DNA of 32,000 nt from assembly GCF_000018785.1 (NCBI RefSeq), contig NC_010163.1, positions 1,140,001 to 1,172,000 of the forward strand. Direction: 5' to 3'. The DNA is from Acholeplasma laidlawii PG-8A (GTDB taxonomy: Bacteria; Bacillota_I; Bacilli_A; Acholeplasmatales; Acholeplasmataceae). The position numbers were made by a program, and so were the translations under genes. The notes under the pieces are model-generated. The model saw only the letters and a list, made by a program, of their open reading frames with translations. It searched no databases and had not been told where the DNA came from. The stretch's first letter is position 1. Each line of letters begins with the position of its first letter. Shown here piece after piece: positions 14,776-25,000 of the stretch.

Positions 14776-16034
14776 TATCTTCTACCTCTTTTCTGTTTAT
14801 CCGCTTTAAATTGAAGTCTTTCTTTCGTGATGTGTGAAACATTTAAAAGAGATCCATCTTGAATTGATTTTTCTGTTTTGTATAAGACTTCTATATGATT
14901 TACTTTTGCAAAATATAATAATTCTGCAATCATATCATGTTCCATGACTTTATCATCAATTTCTAATCTCTTAATGTGATAACGTTGTAGTGCTAGATAT
15001 AATCCTTGATGAATCTCATCGACATGCATCGACATTTTAACACCTAAGTTACTAAGGGTTAATATATTTTTTATGAGTTCATCTTCATAAGTCACATTAC
15101 TTAATCGAATCGATAATATGACATTTTCTAGTAAGAACTGATTCGCCTTAACGATTGTTTGTAGATACTCTATGAAGGTTTCTTGTTCTAGTGTTGATAA
15201 TAACACTGGAATATTAATGTTTGCATAGATATTTTCATGATATAACTTGTTTAATATCATTTCTACTAACATCATATTGACCCAACTCATATCACTAACT
15301 GGTAGTTTATTTAAGAATACATCCAGTTTAGAACCATTAATCAGTAGTTCATTGAATACTTCATTTGTCTTTTTAATCTTTAAGGTTTCAACTTGATAGG
15401 TTTTTAATTCCAGTTCTACTTGTTTTAATTTATTGATTAAGTCTGCATAGGTTTCATAATCTTCTTTAACCATATCATCATGTGATGTGACTGCGCCTAA
15501 ATGTTTAATTGATGAAATAAGTGTACTAGAAAGTGCCTTTAAGTCAAAACTGTCGATTGTTGCAACACTTGCAGTTTTTGTAATATGGATGCCATTTTCA
15601 TGATAGGTCTTTTGGGCAAGCAGTTTAAATTGCTTGCCTAAAAGTTCTTTATCTTCATCCATAGAAGGGTAATACACAATAAATGTATCCCTTTGGTTGG
15701 TTTGTGCTAATTTACCACCAAATGGTAAATATACACTCAACTCTTTTGCGATATGTGTTAGGTAATTTCTAACTGTGTGATCGCTATATGTATGTTCAAC
15801 TAATGATAGATTGTTGATTTTTACTAAATATAAATAAAATGTGTGATTCTTTTTTTCTTGATATGCCAAATACTCTAAAAAGAGTTTATATTTTATGACT
15901 AGATTAAGGGTCAACATCTTATGTTTTTTCATCTTTTTAAGACTCTTTAAGTAATAATGAATACTTAAGTAGACTAAGACTAAAACAATAATGATTGCAC
16001 CTAAACTAATCAAACTTTTTTGTAGTTCATTCAT
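14775..16034 (-). CDS. Single-pass membrane protein with degenerate GGDEF-like and EAL-like domains
   Basis: 419 aa. TM helix at aa ~8-27 with almost no extracytoplasmic part. GGDEF-like block FYLYLVKINNLSLVEHTYSDHTVRNYLTHIAKEL...LAQTNQRDTFIVYYP (GGDEF replaced by QRDTF). EAL-like block YQVE...VFNELLI (EAL replaced by NEL), MSMHVDEIHQGLYLALQRYHIKRLEIDDKV (DDFGTG replaced by VDEIHQG, with an LKID-like LEID). Starts 13 nt after the giant gene stop. Confidence 0.5.
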   Translation of the reverse strand: MNELQKSLISLGAIIIVLVLVYLSIHYYLKSLKKMKKHKMLTLNLVIKYKLFLEYLAYQEKKNHTFYLYLVKINNLSLVEHTYSDHTVRNYLTHIAKELSVYLPFGGKLAQTNQRDTFIVYYPSMDEDKELLGKQFKLLAQKTYHENGIHITKTASVATIDSFDLKALSSTLISSIKHLGAVTSHDDMVKEDYETYADLINKLKQVELELKTYQVETLKIKKTNEVFNELLINGSKLDVFLNKLPVSDMSWVNMMLVEMILNKLYHENIYANINIPVLLSTLEQETFIEYLQTIVKANQFLLENVILSIRLSNVTYEDELIKNILTLSNLGVKMSMHVDEIHQGLYLALQRYHIKRLEIDDKVMEHDMIAELLYFAKVNHIEVLYKTEKSIQDGSLLNVSHITKERLQFKADKQKRGRR

Positions 16035-16047
16035 CTGTTATACCTTT

Positions 16048-19000
16048 CTAGAATATGAGTTGATTTTTATCTTTCTTGTTGTTTTTTCTAATACGTTTAA
16101 GGATGTAAGTCATTGCTGCTATAACCCATAAAATGATACTTATAATCAGTAAAATTGTAAGTAGTAAACTTGGTTGTTGTACTCTTTCAATAATGACCAT
16201 ATAATGCTGTATAGAGCCATCTTCTGCTTGCACAGATATTTTAATAACTTGGCTTTCTTGGATATCGGTTAAGATGATTTCACCCATGTTATTGGTACTA
16301 AAATCGCTGCCATTAATCGATACTTTGGAACTGTTATTCGCAACCGCATTTAACTTAACTGATTGTGTACCGTTAGACAATGAATATTTATAAACGAACG
16401 GATCGTTTTCATCGGATGTTATGACTTCTTCGTTATTAATTTGTAATAGTGTGATTTCTTTTAAGTTACTTAAGGATGTATCTCTTCTTAATGTTAATAC
16501 ATAAGTTAACTCTTCTAAACCATCACCACTAGTTACTGTGATGTGAACCACAGTATCTTCAGAACCAATCTCTCTAATACCAAATCCTCTAATACTTGCA
16601 CCACCTTGATCTTTAGCAAACCCTTTGATATTTACATATCTTGTATGTTTACCAATGATGATGGTGTATTCTAGTGTATCATCTAATAATGGAATGGTAT
16701 TTTGAATATCGTGTTCTCCAATCATTTCATAGACTGTTAATTCACCTAATAATGCATTGGAGTTTACATAAGATATATGTAGTTTATAACTAGATACATC
16801 ACCACTTTGAGCTTTAACTTCAATGGTAATCGTTCTTGTTTGACCTTCTATTAATGTATAGACATCATTTCCTTTAACTGTACTATTGTCACTTTGAGCT
16901 ACCCCATAAATATCAAGGTATTTTTCAAATTGTAGTGGATGTACGATGGTATATTCGAAGATGTCCGGATTAAAGCCTCGAACCATTTCACCATTTATCT
17001 CTAGAGTTTCTAATAAACTATTGGTATCAGGCAGTTGTCTATTGACATAGATTGTATATACTTCTGATGTATTTGAACCATTGGTGGATTCAATTCTAAA
17101 TCTGTAAACTATTTGACTACCTACACCAAAACTTTGGAGTCTGTTATCTTCAATTTCTGTATTACTTGCATCTAAATAGATTACATTACCAATTGTTTGG
17201 ACAATCAGTCTTGTAGTATCTACATTAAATGGTACTAAGATATCTTCATAAACATAGATATTATTTTTAAACTCTAAACCAAAGTATGAAATACCATCAT
17301 CTCCAAGAATGGAAATATCTTTGACTTCTGCAAGACTTGCAAAATCTAAATCATGTAATACGTAAATGATATATTCACCAATACTACCATCTTCTGCAAC
17401 TACAGTTACAGTAATGATGGTATTGTAGTATCCTTCAACTTCACCATGTAGTTGGATGATGCCGGTGTTATAAAGTATTTGAGTTTCATGATTCTTTTCT
17501 GCTAATACATGGACTGTATTTAGTTTCATATCATCATTTAATGTAATATTATATGTACGGTTTTCTGGATTAAATATAGATTGGTCAAATGCTAGTATAT
17601 TACCGTTAACATCTTCTATTACTAATGTTTTTAGTGTAGTATCTGTATTTGGTAGTGCTCTTGTTATATTAAATTTATATTCTTTTTCAGCAACTGTACC
17701 ATCTTCTGCAGTCACTCGTAAGCGAATCACTTTAGTTAGTCCTGGTATCAGTGCGTATGCACCTTCACCAAATACCGTTGCAGCCTTACTTTCAGTATGC
17801 CCTTTAATATACATTTCATCATGTCCAAAAGGTAGTTGAATGTTATATTCATAGATAGTTGGGTCAAAATCGAATATAAGTTTGTTGATTGGAATTTCAA
17901 TTGTGACATCTAATAAATTGGTGTTATCACTTAATACCGGGTCTGTTGCTTTACGTTTATAGACGTTAATAGTGTATTCAATGCCTTTATCTCCATTTTC
18001 AGCTATAACATAGAACTTCACTGTGATTGTATTTCCAGAGGTTAGGTTAAAGTCTTTACGTGTATTAATTTCTTGTACACCGTTAATAAATACGAGTGCT
18101 TTGTTATGTGTCTCAACACGTAAACGTGCAATCGTTGTCGATGCAGGAAACTCTAAGTCATAAGTTGTGATTTCAGGATCAAAGTTTAGACGATTAATAT
18201 TGGTACTTGCATCAAAGAAACGCACGTCAATGATTTGGTTATCACTACTATAGGTTTGTTCAATAGTAAGGGTAATAGTCTTGGTTGTTTTACCACTTTC
18301 GGATGTAAAGACAATTCTAATCGTGTTTTGTCCAAAACTTAAATTGACGTCATGATCTTGTACTAAATTACCTTCAGTATCATAGATAACATAAGTACCA
18401 AAATTACTTATCATTGGTATCACTTTGATGGTTTTTTGGTCATTTGTAACACTATCCATCACGTAATCTAATACGCCTTCTTCATAAATATCTGTTTGAC
18501 CTACAAGTAATTGATCAATTAAAATCTCATCATTTACTTTTTCCACTTCAATTAAGTAGGTTCTAGCAGGTTTGTTAAGATCTTCTGGTTGCACACTAAT
18601 TTCAAATCGGTTGATACCGTGTTTAATATTTAACGGTATTCGTAAATCACCTGTTACTGTTTGTTTAGTTGATGCATTTGTAACATCTATCATGATGTGT
18701 TCTACAGTTTCATTGACTACAAATTTATATGTATTTGTTAAAGCATCAAACACTATTTGTGGGTTCACTGATGCATCACCTAATAGGTAGAGGTTATCTT
18801 GTGTTTTAACTAGGATGTTATCTAGAGTGTCTAAATCATCTAGTAATTGTTTAACTAAGACAGTATATGTTTTTGTTGTTGAACCATCTTCAGATGTGAC
18901 ATCTATTTTGATGGTATTTTCACCAGGTAAGATATCTAAAATAAAGTGTTCTGATAAGTTTCCATTAATTTTAACTGTTCCATATAGATCAGTTAGTACT

Positions 19001-22000
19001 GCTTCAATGTCTAGTGTTTTCTTATCAGATGAAACATCTTCTAATCTAATTATAGATTCACCAGGTAGAAGTCTATCAACACCATCAATAAATAGGTTTT
19101 GTAGATTGATTTCTGAATTAATAATGGTGATTTCAACTCGAATAATGAATGCTTCAATTGCTAAATCTTCAGGTTGAACTTCAATTTCAAATACATTTAG
19201 TCCATGTGTTAATGGTTGAGCAACATTAAATGGTGTACCACTTAATGTTTGTCCATAGTTTGCTATATAACTAAATGTAACGTTTGTATGATATTCATTT
19301 AAGCTAAATTGATATAGGTTATTTTCCGGATCAAAGTTAGCTGTTGTAAGTAGATCTTCTAGATTTGTTTTTATACCTAGATTTGCTAATTTATCTTCTG
19401 TGTTAAATAATCTAGTGACATAGACTGTATATAGTGGACTTACATCACCATTTTCTGCTTCCACATAGAATGTAATTTCTTTTGTTTCACCAGAAACTAA
19501 TGTATATACACCTTCACCAAAACTAGTAGCTTTAGCATTTTTTACAATAGCTAGAGTAACTTCTGTTGTTAGGTAATCTACATTTATGTTGTATGTTTCG
19601 ATGTCTTTATCAAAGTTTAATAATTGTGCACCTGATGTACCAGTAAGTGTTGCTGTAAACTCATTGTCACTAGATGCTAGTCTTGTGATGATGACTTCAT
19701 ATACTTGAACCACTTCGTTATATGCATTCAATACTTCAACTGATACTTTATTCTCACCCATTTCTAGATTTAGTGGTGAAGTAATTACTTTACCAACTTT
19801 ATCTTTTAAGATGATGGAACCATCATTAAATAAGCTTTCAGATAGGATGTTTGCTTGTTCCTCTTCTGTTGTGTAATGTATTTCATTACTTGATGTATCT
19901 TGTACATCACCATTAATGGTTAAATGTTTTAAATCATTTTCTTTGTTTAATACATTAATCGTAATGGTATAGATAAATGGTTGTGTGTTGATACTATCTT
20001 CAGCTAGAACTGTGACTACAAATACGTTTGCACCTTTATTAAGTGTTAAAGTACTTGGGTTTGTTTTATCTACTGTTTGGTAAGTATCTGATTTTACATA
20101 TCTAATAATTAAGTTTCTGTATTTAATGTCTAAATACTCTAAACCTAAATTAATGACATAGTTATTAGTTGTCTTATCGAATACAATATCTGGATTTTTG
20201 CCGGATATACCAATTAAGTAGTTTGTTGGGTCCAGTGTATCGATAATACTTATTTCTTCTAAGTGGTTGTTTGTAGAAAGTGCTCTTCTTGTTACACCGA
20301 TGGTATAAATTTCAGATTCAGAACCATCTTCAGCTGTGACTTTAAATGTAATTGTGATTGTTTCATCTAAGTTGATTATGTATTTACCTAAGCCGGTTGC
20401 TGTTGCCTTGGCTGGAATTATTGCACCTAATGTGACATGTTCTACATTTTGAGGTACTTCTACAGTATATGTAAGGGTGAGTGGATCAAATGTGATATAG
20501 TTTGTTCCATTACTTCCGATTAAACTTACATTCGATAGTGTCTTCTCACTTGATTTTAAACGTGTGATTTCTAAGGTATGTGTCTTAACGATTTCTCCAT
20601 ACTCATTTTTGATTTCAATTGTGAAGACATTTTCATCAAAGTTTAGATTTGGCGTATTGGTTACTACATTCCCTAGACTATCTTTAATCACGAAGCTACC
20701 ATGTGCCTGGTGTGTTAAAACAGGTGTAATGGTTACACTTTCTTTTTCCGTATCAAAATAGTTTACATCTTGAACTGTTAATGCTTTTCCATCTACAGTC
20801 AGAGATTGTAGGCTATTTGATTTATATAAGACTTCTATGATGATGGTGTACTTACCTTGAGTTACTGTTTCATCTTCGGCCTTAATGAAGATTTCAAAGC
20901 GGTTCGTGCCATGGTTAAGGGTCAGTGGTGCGTTAATTGGACCAGTAATTGTTTGAGCGATATGACCTTTAACGATGTTAATGATGATTTCTTCATTAAT
21001 ATAGGTTTCATCTAGTTTTATGTTATATGTTTTAGTCGTTGGGTTAAATGTTATTCCCTTTGGACTTAAGGTATCTAAACCTAGTAAGTATAATCCTGAG
21101 TTTAATGGATCTGTTACTGTAAGATTGTTTAGATTAATCTCTTTAGAAGCTGCCTGTCTATGAATTGTAATTGTATAAGGATCAGATACTGTACCATCTT
21201 CTGCAGTAATCGAGAATTCAAAAGTATTTTCACCTACAACTAAACTGATATTATTTAATTTATTTGGTGTCACTTGTGCCTTATTATGTGTTGGTGTAAT
21301 TTCAATATTTAAACTCTTTTGACTATAAGGTAAATTAAGTACAACTGAGTTATTAGCAAGTAGTTCATCAAATGGGAATGTCACTACTTGGTTATCTTGA
21401 TTTTTAATAGATACATTACTTAATGAATTATCACTGCTTAGTACAATATTTTTAACAAAACGTATTTGATAGGTCTTAGTACTATTATCTTCAGCACTTA
21501 CCTTGAATGTGATGGTTTGGTCTAAGCCACCTTCACCATTGTAAGTAAGTACTATATTAGATAAATTAAATGTAGATTCTAGTACTTGTTTATCAGTGTT
21601 TTTAAGTTCAATGTCAACTTTAACATTTGAAATGGAACTTGTATCAGGTAGTTCTACTAAATAATTCGTACCATCTGCTTTATAAGTAATATTTTGACTA
21701 TTAGAAATGTTAGTGATAGATAGTGATGATATATCAGTATCTTTATACGGTTCGTTTCTGTAGACGTTTAATCTATATGTATTGCCTGATTTAGTACCAT
21801 ATTCACTTTCACCATATATTTCAATAATGTTATTTCCATACTGAAGTGGTATGGAAGTAGCGTTTTTAACGCCGTTTACATAGTAGTTAGCAAACGTATC
21901 ATTTAAGACAACATGAATTGGCAGACTTGATACTGTATATAAAACATTGTCTAATGTATATTCAAATTCACTATCTATAAATCCGATGTCGTTTGAATTA

Positions 22001-25000
22001 CCTTTAATGTTATTGATTTCATGATCATCATTCTTACTTACGATATAAACTGTATATTCTTTAGAATGTGTACCGCTTTGAGAGGTTACTGTAATCGTAT
22101 AGCTGTTAGTGATACCAGGTTTAATTTCTTTAATACCTAAACCTGTTACAGTGGAAAACTCTTTACCAACTGCACTTATTTGAACACTCATGTGTGTTCT
22201 ATCTACTCTTAAGTATTCACCTTCATAACGAATGATTGAACTATCAAATACACCATCTAGTAAGTTGATGCCACCTACAATGATTTCTAGTGAATCTAAT
22301 TCAGCTAGTGTACTTGCAGCTTTTCTTGTATATGTAAAGTTATAGTTTTGAGATTTAGCTTCTGCAGCATATTCTGTAGAAAGTAAATCGGATTGAATTC
22401 TTAGTGTAATTATTTGGTTGGTTCCAACTACAAGCGTATGTGTGTAGGTAATTAAACCATCTTCATCCGCAAATAGTGTTGTACCACCATTAAAGGATAT
22501 TCTTGCAAATCTATCCTTTGGTGTCACAATAAATGTTAGTTGATTTGTTTGGAAATCAAACTCACCTAAATTAGGCACACTTAAAATATCACCTGTATAA
22601 ATTACAGTTGAGCCATTTTTAATTACAATATTATCAATACCTATTTCAACGTTTTTACGCCAAATAGTAACTTTGTAGGTATTTGATGTACCATCTTCTG
22701 CTTTTACAATAATATCGATGACATTAGATGGTTGTGCTGCAGGGTCATTTAAATTATATGTATATGTATACCTATGATTTAACCCTGATGTATCAGTTAG
22801 ACTAAATGGTGTTTGTACACTTGAGCGATCACTTGATAAAACAGTAGCTACAAACGTTACAGTATTCACTTGTCTATCTACTCTTAAAGTATAAGTGTTG
22901 GTAGTTGGATCAAAGTCTAATAAGATATTGTTTCCATTTACCATTACTTCTAGATCATCTAGATTTTTATGAGATTGGGCTACTTGTCTATTCACACGAA
23001 TCTTTAGATATTCTCCAAAGTTTCCTGCTTGAGATTTGACTCTAAATTGACCTTCAATCACACCTGTTTTTGAAAATAACCAAATACCTGTTTGATTATC
23101 ACCAATAAAGTTTGATGTAATCATTGATTTAGAACCATCTACCATGTTAAATGTAATGTTTAACCTATCGACATTATATGCAATATTTCCAATGTCTAGG
23201 ACACCTGATATAAACTCTTGTGCTGTAAATGTTTGTGTAACAAAGCCTGTTCCACTTACAGTAACTGATTCAAAGGTTTTTACATCATTAGCTCTTTTGA
23301 TGCTGATTGTGTAAGTTTTAAGTACGCCACCTTCTGAATATACTTGTATAGTCAAGTTTGAGGTTGCTCCACTTAAAACATTAAATTGTTGGTCTATTAA
23401 ACTTGTAGTACCTTTAGTTCCAATGTATGCATAGTTTTGTTCATTAACTTCGGCTGAATAAATAAGTGGCCATAGTTCATCACGATCATCAATTGTAACT
23501 GTGTAGTTAGTTTTACTACTCAAGAAACTTAAATCAATAATTTCACCATTGTTCGTTTTTAAAACAAAGGATTCTAAACTATTGTCTGTTTTTGCTTGAG
23601 CTCTCACGATATTAATGACATACTCACTGCCTTTGGTTCCTGCTTCACTTTCGACCCAAACTTTAAAGGTTGTTGTGCCATTTCCAATTGCTTTAACATA
23701 GGTGTCATTGATGCGCACCTGTCCATCAATGTATACTTTGGAATCTACATTTTGAGGTGATGCTGTAATTGTGACATTACTATTAAATGAATAGTTGATG
23801 TTAATGGTATTGTTAAGTTTTGCTGGATCAAAAACAAAATCAGTACCTTCAATATTTAAAGACTTTAACGTTGTATCATTTGTTGCAACAACAAATGGAA
23901 TAATAATTGTATTTTTTTCACCATTTTGTGCAGTGACTATAATCGTCACATTTTGTTCAATTCCTCGAACAAATGGAATATTTGTACTGTATCTTCCTGT
24001 TTCATTTTTAGTAAATGTTGTTGAACCAACTTTTATTGTTGCTTTAGATGTAGTAGGTAACAACACTTCAAAATTAAGCGTGTTAATACCACCAACAGGT
24101 TCAACAATTACTTTATTATAAGTGACATTAGAGTCACCAATTTGGAACTGAGAAAAAGGTAATCCACCAATATTGATTGCGCTTATATCATTGTTAGAAT
24201 CAGCAGCAGTACGTGTAATTTGAATTGTATAGTTTTTAACTACAGCACCATTTTCTGATGTTACTTCTAAACTTGTAGTTTTAATGACTTCATACATACC
24301 ACTAAAGTCTAAAGGCGTAATCAATTGGTTTGTTGTTGTACCTTTAATAATTGATTTGGTTGATGTTTTAGTTTCCAGTTTTAAGTTACTTGGAAATAGA
24401 CCATAGTCAAAACTGTATGTATATTTATTTTCAGATGATATGAATGTAAAATCATCTAGGTTTGCAATGACAGTACCATCATCGGTTCTAAATATAATCG
24501 ATTCTAATTCTGCTTGATCAGATTTTTTTTCTATTTTAATTGTGTATTCTTTTTCAGTACCATCTTGAGCTTTAATCGTAAGGATAAAATTGTTGGTTCC
24601 GTAATTTAGGCTAGCCACACTAATTTGATGTATGAGTTGTGCACTTTGGTATGTACCTTCACCAATTTTAGCCTCTCTTTTGCTACCTGGATCAATAGTT
24701 AAAGTAACAAACTCACTACTATTGTTACTTACTGTGTAAACTAAGTTTGTAATATTTAGATTTATAGCAGTAAGGCCTGATTCTTGAACCTTAATATCAC
24801 CCGTTTTAATTGATGTGTCATTAGATGGTTCAATAACAAAGTTTACAATATATGTAACTACTTCATCAGGGAATTGACTTTCTGGTGTAACCACTACTTC
24901 ATAAGAGTATGTTTCACCAGTTTCTAGTGAACTCTTAGAGATGATACCCGTTGTATAGTCTTTATAAGTTGTAGTACCTACTTCTTTATATTTAATGGTT

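Noticed and set aside
11443-16034. Considered calling the McrB-like/McrC-like pair a conventional type IV (McrBC) restriction system
   Set aside because: There is no recognisable DNA-binding N-domain (two TM helices instead) and no properly spaced PD-(D/E)xK motif in the partner. The genes are operonic with secreted giant proteins. The defence interpretation is kept only as an alternative hypothesis in the findings.
24523-24530. A8 homopolymer (T8 on the plus strand) inside the giant gene, coding EKK: a possible slipped-strand phase-variation switch
   Set aside because: Runs of 7-8 A are expected by chance in Lys-rich coding sequence at about 70% A+T. It is deep inside the gene (about aa 600), not near the 5' end, and there is no second tract or other evidence. 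Population sequencing could revisit it.
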